Notes: generated by a model from the letters alone, not told the origin. Numbered from the stretch's first letter, positions 25,210 through 34,024 are shown. The stretch: 64,000 nucleotides of DNA from Candidatus Azambacteria bacterium (GCA_016213445.1 JACRAJ010000001.1:78203-142202), one strand, 5' to 3'. Translations and numbers: made by a program.

Positions 25210-26178
25210 ATGAAAAATAGCAGTTTTAAAGAAATAGAAAAAATAATAACGGGCGCAAAAAAAATTCTGGCGGTCAGCCATCAGGCCCCCGACGGCGACG
25301 CCATCGGCTCGCTCGCCGCTTTCGGCTTTTATCTTCAAAAAATAAAAAAGCCGCATTATCTTTTGTGCGTTTCCGGCGTTCCGGAATCGCTGAAATTCAT
25401 CCCCGGCGCGGCGCGAATAAAATCAAAGCATCCGAAAAATCCTTTCGATTTAATAGTCGGTTTCGATTACGGTTCAAAAATCCAGCTTGGAATAGAAAGC
25501 TATTTGAAAAAATATCCTAAAATCCCGATTTTAATTTTTGACCATCATTTAACGGCCGATCAGGCGGCGGATTTCGGGATTATCGATTCTTCTTACACAT
25601 CGGCGGTGGAATTGCTTTACGATTATCTCAAAGCCATAAATTTGAAAATCGACAAAAAAATCGCCTACGCTTTAGTTGTCGGAATTTTAAGCGATACGGG
25701 ATTTTTTAAATATTCCAACAACTCCAAATCGATGGAAACGGCCGCCGATCTCACGAAACGATTCAATATAAAGCCGGTGGAAATCGACAATAAGCTCAAC
25801 GGCCAATTAAAAATTGCGGCGGCTAAACTTTTAGGCGAAATTTTAAGCCGCGTCAAACACCATCATAAAGGGGATTTTGTTTATTCTTGGGTTGAAAGAA
25901 AAGATCTGAAAAAACATCGCTTAACCACCGACGATATAAATGAAAACATCTCAATATTGTTAAAAAACCTGAAAGACGGCCGATTTTCGCTTTTTCTCAC
26001 CGAAAAAAGCGAAGGAAAAGTAAGGGGAAGTTTGAGAAGCCGGCCGGACAAAAACTATAACGTGGCAAAATTAGCAATGAAGCTCGGAGGCGGCGGACAC
26101 AAGTACGCCGCCGGATTCAGAGTTAAGGGCACGATTGACTCGGCCCTAAAACTCGTGGCAAAATACGCGAAGAAATAA
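25210..26178 (+). CDS. DHH/DHHA1 phosphoesterase (NrnA-like)
   Basis: SHQAPDGDAIGS, FDHH and GGGGHKYAAG motifs. Confidence 0.8.
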   Translation: MKNSSFKEIEKIITGAKKILAVSHQAPDGDAIGSLAAFGFYLQKIKKPHYLLCVSGVPESLKFIPGAARIKSKHPKNPFDLIVGFDYGSKIQLGIESYLKKYPKIPILIFDHHLTADQAADFGIIDSSYTSAVELLYDYLKAINLKIDKKIAYALVVGILSDTGFFKYSNNSKSMETAADLTKRFNIKPVEIDNKLNGQLKIAAAKLLGEILSRVKHHHKGDFVYSWVERKDLKKHRLTTDDINENISILLKNLKDGRFSLFLTEKSEGKVRGSLRSRPDKNYNVAKLAMKLGGGGHKYAAGFRVKGTIDSALKLVAKYAKK

Positions 26179-26181
26179 CGG

Positions 26182-26253
26182 GGCCTGGTAGCCAAGTGGT
26201 AAGGCGAGGGTCTGCAAAACCCTTATACGTGGGTTCAATTCCCACCCAGGCCT
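26182..26253 (+). tRNA. tRNA-Cys (anticodon GCA)
   Basis: Acceptor ggcctgg/ccaggcc, anticodon stem-loop agggt-CTGCAAA-accct, T arm gtgggttcaattcccac. Confidence 0.9.
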
Positions 26254-26320
26254 CTCTTATATCGGCAAACGCAATTTAAATGATTTGATTTTGTGTCTAC
26301 CATTTGATATAATTTTCTTA

Positions 26321-26791
26321 ATGAAAAGAAGATCTTGGACCGAAAAACAATTAAAAAACGCAGTTAAAAATTCTTTTAGTTATAGACAAGTTTTAACTAA
26401 ACTAAATTTGCGCGAAGCAGGCGGAAACTACGCTCAAATAAAAAGATATATTAGAGAGTTTGAATTGGATATAAAACATTTTAAAGGACGAGGTTGGAAT
26501 TTGGGAATGCGAGGCATAGGAATACCCCGAATACCTTTAGAAAAAATTTTAGTTAAGAACAGTAATTTTCAAAGTTTTAAGTTGAAAAAAAGATTATTTG
26601 CCGCTGATTTAAAACCTAAAAATTGCGAGGAATGCGGATGGTCGCAAAGAACAGCTGATGGTTATTTACCTTTGGAATTAGATCATATCAACGGCGATCA
26701 TTACGATAATCGGATAGATAATCTAAGAGTTTTATGTCCTAATTGCCATAGTTTAAAACCAACACATCGTGGTAGGATTAGAAAGATTTAA
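26321..26791 (+). CDS. HNH endonuclease (homing-type) ending immediately before tRNA-Leu
   Basis: N-terminal WTEKQLKNAVKNSFSYRQVLTKLNL DNA-binding-like module and HNH core LELDHINGDHYDNRIDNLRVLCPNCH. Confidence 0.8.
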   Translation: MKRRSWTEKQLKNAVKNSFSYRQVLTKLNLREAGGNYAQIKRYIREFELDIKHFKGRGWNLGMRGIGIPRIPLEKILVKNSNFQSFKLKKRLFAADLKPKNCEECGWSQRTADGYLPLELDHINGDHYDNRIDNLRVLCPNCHSLKPTHRGRIRKI

Positions 26792-26875
26792 GGACGAGTG
26801 GCGGAATCGGTATACGCGCAGCACTTAAAATGCTGTGGATTAACATCCTTGAGGGTTCGAGTCCCTCCTCGTCCA
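26792..26875 (+). tRNA. tRNA-Leu (anticodon UAA), type II
   Basis: Acceptor ggacgag/ctcgtcc, anticodon stem-loop cagca-CTTAAAA-tgctg, T arm gagggttcgagtccctc. Starts the base after the HNH stop codon. Confidence 0.9.
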
Positions 26876-26876
26876 C

Positions 26877-26910
26877 AAAAACCCAACCCGCAATTGCGGG
26901 TTGGGTTTTT
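26877..26910. terminator. bidirectional terminator
   Basis: aaaa-acccaacccgc-aatt-gcgggttgggt-tttt between convergent genes. Confidence 0.75.
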
Positions 26911-26920
26911 AAATAAATTT

Positions 26921-27436
26921 TTAGTCCAATATCACCACATCGGCTTCCTGGATACCGAAGCGTTTGGCCAAATGCTTTTCCGAAAACCAAATGTCGATTT
27001 TGCCATCATGCTTTTTAGCCATACGATCCTCAACGGTAAAAACTTTGTCGCCGAAAAGCGATGGAATTTTCACCTTGGTGCCGAAAGCTAAAAAGTTAGC
27101 TGCCACAACGCCGTCGCGAACATGAGTGTTCGAGGCGGTTATAAACGGCGTGTCGTCGGTCTGATCCGGCGTTGAAGAATAGGCCGTAATGACAACTTTC
27201 ATCATTTTTGGCGGCAAGCTGTCACTAATGGCCATCAGCGAGTCCCCGCCGGCGATCATAAACAAATTGCGGTTGACTTTAGGCTTATTAATAAGCTCCG
27301 CGATATCCTCAAAGCTCCAAGCCGCCGCAGTTTGGGGAACGGACACATTAAACGTTAAAATCACTATAACTGCCGTTATTATGGCTTTATTAAGCCAAAA
27401 CTTATTAAGTTTTATATATTTATACATTTTTGACAA
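26921..27436 (-). CDS. 3D-domain (MltA/RlpA-like fold) cell-wall protein
   Basis: VVITAYSSTPDQTDDTPFITASN...KIDIWF is the typical 3D domain, with an N-terminal signal anchor. Confidence 0.7.
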   Translation of the reverse strand: MSKMYKYIKLNKFWLNKAIITAVIVILTFNVSVPQTAAAWSFEDIAELINKPKVNRNLFMIAGGDSLMAISDSLPPKMMKVVITAYSSTPDQTDDTPFITASNTHVRDGVVAANFLAFGTKVKIPSLFGDKVFTVEDRMAKKHDGKIDIWFSEKHLAKRFGIQEADVVILD

Positions 27437-27515
27437 ACAAAAAATCCCCGCCTTAGCAGAGATTCTTTATTATGCCCTAATGGTAGTCGATAGCGGCGAA
27501 ATTGTCAATAGCGCG

Positions 27516-28139
27516 TCAAAAGCCGAACGGTTGGCCGACAATGAGCCAAAACACCCAAGCAATCAACCTCGGCAGCAAAAAGAAAGCGAAAAATAAAGCC
27601 AGAGCCAGTCCGGCGAAGCCTAAATTCATAACTTTCGACCATGCGCGCGGAAACAAATCGAAAAAAACTTTCGAACCGTCAAGCGGCGGAAACGGAATCA
27701 TGTTGAAAAATGCCAATGCGATATTGATAGCCGTAATAACGGCGATAAGCGAAAAGAAAACCGGAGGAACAATATTGCCCGCCAAAGCGCCGCCGGAAAA
27801 GAATCTCAAAAACAATCCAAAAAACAACGCGATGATCAAATTGCTCAAAGGCCCGGCGATGGCCACTTTCAGCGACCCGTATTTTTTATCTCTCAAATTA
27901 TCGGGATTGTACGGCACCGGTTTGGCATAGCCGATGAAAATTCCTCCGGTGAACAGTAAAAACAAAGGCAAGATCACCGTGCCGAACAAATCCATATGAA
28001 CCAAGGGATTGAGCGTTAGTCGGCCTTCATTCTTTGCCGTAGGGTCTCCCAAAGAATAAGCTGTTAAACCGTGAGCGTATTCGTGGAACACCGCGGAAAT
28101 CACGATGACAAGATACAAAAAAATTACTTGATTTAGCAT
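27516..28139 (-). CDS. site-2 protease family (M50) membrane metalloprotease
   Basis: HEYAHG zinc motif and a multi-TM profile. Confidence 0.75.
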   Translation of the reverse strand: MLNQVIFLYLVIVISAVFHEYAHGLTAYSLGDPTAKNEGRLTLNPLVHMDLFGTVILPLFLLFTGGIFIGYAKPVPYNPDNLRDKKYGSLKVAIAGPLSNLIIALFFGLFLRFFSGGALAGNIVPPVFFSLIAVITAINIALAFFNMIPFPPLDGSKVFFDLFPRAWSKVMNLGFAGLALALFFAFFLLPRLIAWVFWLIVGQPFGF

Positions 28140-28235
28140 TCGATTATGTGGTAAAAATAAACATTATCAAATTGCATTATTCGCTCGCCGCGAAAATAAA
28201 TTTTTTCGCTTGAGCTTGTTAGCAACTGTAAAACT

Positions 28236-28430
28236 ATGTCCAAAATATGTAAAATTTGCGGCAAGGGATCAACTCTTGTTACGCCGCGAAACAAACTCCG
28301 CGGTAAGTATAACCCGGCGCCCAAAAAAAGAAAATATCCCAATCTCCAATGGGTTGTTCTGTCTTCCGGAAAAAGAGCCAAAGCCTGCGCCAAGTGCATA
28401 AAAACACTCGCCAAGCCAAAAAAGAAATAA
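28236..28430 (+). CDS. rpmB: 50S ribosomal protein L28
   Basis: MSKICKICGKGS...KRKYPNLQWV is L28-like; 64 aa and basic. Confidence 0.8.
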   Translation: MSKICKICGKGSTLVTPRNKLRGKYNPAPKKRKYPNLQWVVLSSGKRAKACAKCIKTLAKPKKK

Positions 28431-28433
28431 ACA

Positions 28434-28504
28434 CGGGGTGTAGTACAACGGCAGTATGCACGCATGGGGTGCGTGTGACCCGGGTTCAATTCCCGGCACC
28501 CCGA
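28434..28504 (+). tRNA. tRNA-Pro (anticodon GGG)
   Basis: Acceptor cggggtg/caccccg, anticodon stem-loop cacgc-ATGGGGT-gcgtg, T arm ccgggttcaattcccgg. Confidence 0.85.
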
Positions 28505-28526
28505 AAAATTGTCCGTACCCGCGGGG

Positions 28527-28554
28527 GCCAAATGTGAACTGCTTCACATTTGGC
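28527..28554. other. perfect 12-bp hairpin
   Basis: gccaaatgtgaa-ctgc-ttcacatttggc with no adjacent T-run. Confidence 0.6.
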
Positions 28555-28607
28555 GGGCACTTCAATAATTTATTAATTAAAAAATAAAGCGCCCCGGAGG
28601 GTATAGT

Positions 28608-28632
28608 AGCGGTTCAATTCCGCTTGGCCCGA
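28608..28632 (+). pseudogene. tRNA T-arm/acceptor 3' fragment (unassigned)
   Basis: agcggttcaattccgct-tggcccg-a; no 5' half could be found. Confidence 0.5.
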
Positions 28633-28652
28633 CAAAAGAAACCCCGGAGCAC

Positions 28653-28685
28653 GTGACCCGGGTTCAATTCCCGGCACCCCGACCA
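28653..28685 (+). repeat. exact 30-nt duplicate of the tRNA-Pro 3' half, followed by CCA
   Basis: gtgacccgggttcaattcccggcaccccga is identical to 28475-28504. This copy is followed by cca. Confidence 0.85.
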
Positions 28686-28729
28686 AGTTAGACATTGAGA
28701 GTTTTCGGCTTAGCGTTTTATAGCAAAAG

Positions 28730-29563
28730 TTATTTTTGAAGAATCATTTTTGCTTCTTCTATGAGTTTTTTCACCGCGTCTTTGGGAAGAGCAAGTGATT
28801 TTTCCAGTTCCTCCGGCGTCATTCTAACCAAGTCACACAAAAGGAGAATATTGGCCGCAGAAAATGATTGGAGCGTCCGAGAATCAACGCCTTTCATTAT
28901 GGTTACCGGATACAAACTAACATCATCTATCCACCGCGGCAGGGGGCGTTCCCGCGGATGGTCCCATGAAAGCATTACCATGTTTTTGCAATGACCGTAT
29001 TGGATTGATTGGGTTGAAAACCGGCTGTTGGTCACTATCCAGCATTCATCCATGTGGGGGGTGCGGCCGATTTTTGCCGACTCAACGAGATCCAAAAATC
29101 TTGCCCAAGTGGACATCGTGTCTTTTATGGTTATAAAAATAGAAAGTTCCTGCCGCAGCTTAGCCTCAATCATGGCGGTGCGGCCGTCTTTTCTTGCCAA
29201 AACGTCAACTTCATGGGTGATGCAGACGCCCTCCAAAATCGGCGGCAGTTCGGTGTCATAGCCGTATGCCTTTAATAATTCGGCAATATATTTTTCAAAA
29301 TCAAAACCGGCAGGCCCGAGGCGTAAAATGGCGTTTCTTAAATCATAGCGGCGGGAAGCAGCCGGCGCTTCTTTCTCAAGGAAAGCAATAACCATATCAT
29401 AGATTTCTTTTGTCCGCATTCCTTCGCGGGTGTTTTTTTCAACCTCGTCCGCTATCCGGTCGGCGACCTCCTCGCTTACGCCGGAACGCAAAATAGTCCG
29501 CCTGACTTTTTCCCGGTCAAACGGCTGTGATTCTCCGGCAGATTTTATGACATTTACGGCCAT
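28730..29563 (-). CDS. ATP-cone domain fused to a PD-(D/E)xK (Mrr-like) nuclease domain and a C-terminal HhH-like tail
   Basis: N-terminus VIKSAGESQPFDREKVRRTILRSGVSEEVADRIADEVE (ATP-cone), core ITHEVDVLARKDGRTAMIEAKLR (D...E-x-K), tail TPEELEKSLALPKDAVKKLIEEA. Confidence 0.65.
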   Translation of the reverse strand: MAVNVIKSAGESQPFDREKVRRTILRSGVSEEVADRIADEVEKNTREGMRTKEIYDMVIAFLEKEAPAASRRYDLRNAILRLGPAGFDFEKYIAELLKAYGYDTELPPILEGVCITHEVDVLARKDGRTAMIEAKLRQELSIFITIKDTMSTWARFLDLVESAKIGRTPHMDECWIVTNSRFSTQSIQYGHCKNMVMLSWDHPRERPLPRWIDDVSLYPVTIMKGVDSRTLQSFSAANILLLCDLVRMTPEELEKSLALPKDAVKKLIEEAKMILQK

Positions 29564-29657
29564 ATAAAGATATTACCAAAAACCTCCAGTTTTAGCGAGA
29601 GGTTTTGGGTTTGTCCTTGTCCCAAAAGATGACAATCCTCGGCACCTCGAAAAATAA

Positions 29658-29703
29658 AGCCACCAAAAACTCCGTCATTATTGCGACGGAGTTTTTGGTG
29701 GCT
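29658..29703 (-). terminator. 19-bp perfect hairpin; on the minus strand it is followed by UUAUUUUU
   Basis: agccaccaaaaactccgtc-attattgc-gacggagtttttggtggct. Lies 190 nt downstream of the ndk stop. Confidence 0.65.
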
Positions 29704-29892
29704 CGGAGAAGCTGTTTTAAAGATAATTTTGGCAATTTGCCAGGTGGGTGTCTTCAGCTTTCGATCCGCAGACCGAAGCGATATCAGACTCCCGAATAAA
29801 ATTATTCAGGCCAAAATCTTGTAAAACAACTTCCGCAGCCACTTATATTTTAACGCATTTGAAAATTAAAATATAACAAGTTAATCCACAGC

Positions 29893-30486
29893 CTAAAACA
29901 TAATGTCTTCTTCCGCTCTTTTATAATCAAAAATTTCTTCCGGAGAAAACCAAAATTCAAGTTCGTGCGCCGCTTCCTCCGGCGTCTCGGAAGCGTGAAT
30001 CAGATTATGAACCGCTCGCTTGCCTTTATTCGCCAAAGCCGCCGAATCGACGGAAAAATCTCCCCGGATCGTCCCCATTTCCGCCAAAGCCGGAATGGAA
30101 TTGCCGACAAGTTTTCTCACCATATCAACGGCATGAATCCCCTCAACAACCATTTTTATCACCGGCCCCGAAGTCATAAAATCCAAAATCCATCCTCTCA
30201 CCGCCTTTCCTATTTTCATCGGATCGTCGGTGCCCATCTCTTTTTTCGGATCCCAGCCGTATTTGGCATAAGTGGCCAATGATTTTTCCCCCAAGCGTTT
30301 AACCCAAGCCGCGTCTTTCGGATAATGTTCGTCGATTTGTTTTCTCGTCGGACTGGCCATCGAAAGAGAAATAATCTTGAGTCCGCGCTTTTCAATGCGC
30401 GCCATCACCTCGCCCACCAAACCTCTTTTCACGCCATCGGGTTTTATCAAAACCACGGTGCGCTCCTGTTTTGGATTTTTTGGCAT
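29893..30486 (-). CDS. ndk: nucleoside-diphosphate kinase (long form)
   Basis: VVLIKPDGVKRGLVGEV and NLIHASE (catalytic His). Confidence 0.85.
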   Translation of the reverse strand: MPKNPKQERTVVLIKPDGVKRGLVGEVMARIEKRGLKIISLSMASPTRKQIDEHYPKDAAWVKRLGEKSLATYAKYGWDPKKEMGTDDPMKIGKAVRGWILDFMTSGPVIKMVVEGIHAVDMVRKLVGNSIPALAEMGTIRGDFSVDSAALANKGKRAVHNLIHASETPEEAAHELEFWFSPEEIFDYKRAEEDIMF

Positions 30487-30613
30487 AAATTTATTTATGA
30501 TTAAAAAATAATAAAAGTTAAAATTAATCTATCACGAAAATTACCGATTAACAACAAATTTTTTATTTTTGCATCATAAGCGGCCTGCAGGCACATTATG
30601 ATACAAGAATCTT

Positions 30614-31504
30614 TTATTTTTCTTTGTAAATATTGGTGGTGAAACCGTCGCTTAAAACTTTAATGTCGCCATTCCGGTCGGTGCGAAAAATATTCATATT
30701 AAACATCTTAAAGCGGCTCAATGTTGCCGGCGACGGATGGCCATAGCGATTTTTGGCGCCAACCTCGACTATTGCCGCCTTCGGAGAAACTGCTTTCAAA
30801 AAACTTAAAGAAGAAGAATATTTCGAGCCGTGATGACCGACTTTTAAAATATCCGATTTCAAATTATCGCCGTAAACCAAAAGCCGGTTTTCTATTTTAA
30901 AAGTGGCATCGCCGGTAAATAATATGGAAAAATCGCCGTAAATCAATTTGCCGACAATGGAAGTGTCATTAACGTCATTGCCATTTGCGCCGAATCCTTC
31001 GCTTTTGCCGTTAAAAACCCTGCCGCCGGAATTTTCATCGGGAGAAATAATGTCAAACTCCGCATTTTCATCAAAATGAACGGCATCGCCGGCCGATGCG
31101 ATTAAAACTTCCGCCCCATTGTCTCTAACGGCGGTTAAAAACTGATTATAATTATCGGTTTTTAAATCGGCGCCGTTTAAAATCACCAAGCCGATATCGT
31201 ATCTTCTCAAAATTTCAATCAGGCCGGCAACGTGATCGGCGTGAGGATGGGTAAGAAGAATCACGTCGATTCTTTTTTTAATCGGCGAAAGATATTTGCC
31301 CAATTTTTCCAAAACTTTGTTGCCGGGTCCGCCGTCGATCAGCATTGTCTGCCCTTTCGGCGTTTTTATTAAAATCGCGTCGCCTTGCCCGACATCCAAA
31401 AAATCCGCCTCCAAAATCCGGCCGGGCCTTTGGCTTAAAACCAAAAACCAAACTGCCGAAGCAATTGCAAAAAGGCCGATTAATATTGAAAATTTATTTT
31501 TCAC
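30614..31504 (-). CDS. ComEC C-terminal metallo-beta-lactamase domain, encoded as a separate ORF
   Basis: LLTHPHADHVAGL motif, an N-terminal TM helix and an ATGA overlap with the upstream comEC ORF. Confidence 0.8.
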   Translation of the reverse strand: MKNKFSILIGLFAIASAVWFLVLSQRPGRILEADFLDVGQGDAILIKTPKGQTMLIDGGPGNKVLEKLGKYLSPIKKRIDVILLTHPHADHVAGLIEILRRYDIGLVILNGADLKTDNYNQFLTAVRDNGAEVLIASAGDAVHFDENAEFDIISPDENSGGRVFNGKSEGFGANGNDVNDTSIVGKLIYGDFSILFTGDATFKIENRLLVYGDNLKSDILKVGHHGSKYSSSLSFLKAVSPKAAIVEVGAKNRYGHPSPATLSRFKMFNMNIFRTDRNGDIKVLSDGFTTNIYKEK

Positions 31505-32919
31505 AATGAAATTGAAGCAAACGGCAAAGAACTTAATATTTTAACAATCCAAATCTGGTATGAAAGCGCGAGCCATGCCGGAAAAATAAAAATTGAGGCG
31601 ATCTTTACGGAAATAAATCCCGTTAATCCGGCTAAAAAACCAAAAAGCATCGTGAATGGAACGGCGGGCAAGATTAAAACATTGGCCAAAATGGCGATTA
31701 AAGAAAAACGGTTGAAACTGAAAAGAACAACCGGCAAAGTGGCAACCCGGGCCGATAAAGTGGCCGCCAAATTGTCGCGAAAAGACAAAAAATTCGGCAG
31801 ACGGGAAAATCGGCTCGCAAAATGAGGCGCTAAATATACCAATCCCAAAGTGGCCAAAAATGAAAGCTGAAAACCGGCATCGTATCGCAACAGATAAGGA
31901 TTTAAAAATAGCATAACGGCGGCGGCAAAAATAATAGCGTTGGTTATGCTGTAAAGCCGGCCTTCATGCCTGGCCAAAATAAGCAAGCCGCCCATAACTG
32001 CTGCCCGCACCACCGAAGCGCCGGCGCCGGCAATCAAAGTGAATAAAACCAGGCAAACGCCGGCCACCCAGAAAATCAATCTTCTCGGCAAAAATAAATA
32101 GCCCAAAAAATTTAAAAGCATAACGCTGATGATGGAAATGTTATAACCGGAGATAGCCACAATGTGGCTGGTGCCGGTAATATTGAAAGCGTCGGTCAAA
32201 TCGGCGGGCAAAGTCCGCCTGGCGCCAACCAAAAGAGCGGCTAAAAAAGAAGCTTGCGGCTCCAAAAGAATTTTATTGATAACGCCGACAAACGATTTTT
32301 TAATTTCCAAAAGACGGCCGTAAAAATTTTTAACGGCCGGCCGCTCGATCAAATCAATTTTCGGATACCGGCTGATCAGAAAAATTCCATCCTTCGCCAA
32401 ATAATTTTTATAATCAAAACCGGACTCGCCGGCGCGAGATTCCGGCGATTCGATTTTTCCGTTTATTTTCAAAATATCGCCGTAAAAGTATTCCGGATAA
32501 AGCTTAGTTTTCACGAGAACGCGGCCAAGCGCGCCGTTTTCCAGAACATATTGGGCGAAATCCGAACGCCGATCCGGTTCTTCGACAATCTTTCCGGAAA
32601 AATTTATTTTTTCTCCGATGACAAAATTGGCGCCGGCCAAACTGCCGGCGTAATTAAAAACCTTAAAACTGCGCCAAAATCCAAAAGCCAAGGCCAAAAG
32701 GCAAAATCCGAAAATTATTTTAATTTTCCAGCCCAAAACTGGTCCGCCTCTGGCGGAAAAATCCGGCTTATTCCTTTTTAAAACGGCAGTAGCTAAAATC
32801 GAAAAAGAAAAAACAAAAATCCCGCCGATAAGCGCGGGCGGGATTTTTATTGTCGAATATGCAAATACGCCTCCGATAAAACTCAGCAGAAAAAGCGCAA
32901 AAATTTTACTTTTCGCCAT
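31501..32919 (-). CDS. comEC: ComEC/Rec2 DNA-uptake channel (membrane competence domain)
   Basis: 472-aa polytopic protein with conserved TGTSHIVAISGYNI. Confidence 0.8.
   Translation of the reverse strand: MAKSKIFALFLLSFIGGVFAYSTIKIPPALIGGIFVFSFSILATAVLKRNKPDFSARGGPVLGWKIKIIFGFCLLALAFGFWRSFKVFNYAGSLAGANFVIGEKINFSGKIVEEPDRRSDFAQYVLENGALGRVLVKTKLYPEYFYGDILKINGKIESPESRAGESGFDYKNYLAKDGIFLISRYPKIDLIERPAVKNFYGRLLEIKKSFVGVINKILLEPQASFLAALLVGARRTLPADLTDAFNITGTSHIVAISGYNISIISVMLLNFLGYLFLPRRLIFWVAGVCLVLFTLIAGAGASVVRAAVMGGLLILARHEGRLYSITNAIIFAAAVMLFLNPYLLRYDAGFQLSFLATLGLVYLAPHFASRFSRLPNFLSFRDNLAATLSARVATLPVVLFSFNRFSLIAILANVLILPAVPFTMLFGFLAGLTGFISVKIASIFIFPAWLALSYQIWIVKILSSLPFASISL
32728..32757. repeat. 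degenerate double-hairpin palindrome copy, in frame in comEC
   Basis: ...ggtccgcctctggcgga encodes SARGGPVLG. The right half is 14/15 to the consensus. Confidence 0.5.
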
Positions 32920-34024
32920 CCGTATCTTTTTTTCTCCTCAAAAATGCCGGCGTGCCCCAACCATCATCTTCGTCATCAATTATTTCAACATTCATCGCGG
33001 GTTTGGCTCGCAAAACGTTGTTTAAACCGGCCGTCGGCGCGGCAACCGCGCCATTATTGTTTCGTTTATTGGCGTTAAAACCGGTGGCAACCACGGTAAC
33101 CCTGATTTCGCCTTTTTTAAGGCGGCCATCGTGAGTGGCGCCGAAAATGATTTTAGCTTCGGGATCGATTGATTCGGTGATAATTTTTGCCGCCTCATTC
33201 ACATCGGCCATTCCAAGATCGTCTCCTCCGGAAATATTAAACAAAACGCCGCTCGCCCCGTCGATTGAAATATCCAAAAGGGGCGAGTTTATGGCCGCTT
33301 TTGCCGCCACAATAGCCCGATCATCGCCGGCCGCCTTGCCGATTCCCATCAACGCCGAACCGGCTTCGGACATAATGGCTTTGATATCGGCAAAATCAAC
33401 ATTAACGATGCCGGGATATGTAATAAGATCGGCAATGCCTTGCACGCCTTGTTTTAAAATATCATCAACAATATTAAAAGCTTCAATAATCGAAGTATTT
33501 TTATCTATTAAATTCAAAACCTTGTCGTTGGGAATCGTGATTAAAGTGTCGACGCGATCGCGAAGCGACAAAAACGCTCCTTCGGCTATGGCCAAACGCT
33601 TTTTGCCCTCGAAAGAAAAAGGCTTGGTGACAACGGCCACCGCTAAAGCGCCGACATCGCGAGCGGCGTCGGCGATAACCGGAGAGGCGCCCGATCCCGT
33701 GCCGCCGCCCAAACCGCAAGTGATAAAAACCAAATCCGCCCCTTTTAAAGCATCCTGAATTTCATCTCTGTTTTCCTCGGCGGCTTGCCTGCCGATATCC
33801 GGATTCATTCCGGCGCCGAGTCCGCGAGTTAAATTTTTTCCGATATGGATTTTGGTTTGAGCTTTAGTGTGATGTAAATCTTGCGCGTCGGTATTTATGG
33901 CGATAAAATCAACGCCTTTGATTTGGGCGTTAAACATTCTGGTAATAGCGTTGCCTCCTCCTCCTCCAACGCCGACAACCTTTATTCTCGCAAATGTTTC
34001 AACATCCGGCTTAATGTGGGCCAT
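32906..34024 (-). CDS. ftsZ: cell division GTPase FtsZ
   Basis: GGGTGSGASPV tubulin signature. Confidence 0.95.
   Translation of the reverse strand: MAHIKPDVETFARIKVVGVGGGGGNAITRMFNAQIKGVDFIAINTDAQDLHHTKAQTKIHIGKNLTRGLGAGMNPDIGRQAAEENRDEIQDALKGADLVFITCGLGGGTGSGASPVIADAARDVGALAVAVVTKPFSFEGKKRLAIAEGAFLSLRDRVDTLITIPNDKVLNLIDKNTSIIEAFNIVDDILKQGVQGIADLITYPGIVNVDFADIKAIMSEAGSALMGIGKAAGDDRAIVAAKAAINSPLLDISIDGASGVLFNISGGDDLGMADVNEAAKIITESIDPEAKIIFGATHDGRLKKGEIRVTVVATGFNANKRNNNGAVAAPTAGLNNVLRAKPAMNVEIIDDEDDGWGTPAFLRRKKDTDGEK

Noticed and set aside
28133-28565. Several 60-130-aa minus- and plus-strand ORFs across the rpmB/tRNA-Pro region.
   Set aside because: They overlap the L28 gene and a well-folding tRNA-Pro. 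Their translations are Cys/Arg/Phe-rich junk.
28519-28640. A tmRNA-like or intron-containing tRNA reading: 5' ggggcca ... T-arm agcggttcaattccgct-tggcccg-a.
   Set aside because: Only 6 of 7 acceptor pairs form, no D or anticodon arm or tag ORF can be drawn, and at about 120 nt it is far too short for tmRNA. It is better explained as tRNA fragments left by integration events.
29700-29800. Possible SRP (4.5S) RNA because of GCUGUUU and CCAGGU strings.
   Set aside because: No GNRA-capped helix 8 with the GGAAGCAGC/AGCA symmetric-loop motifs could be found on either strand.
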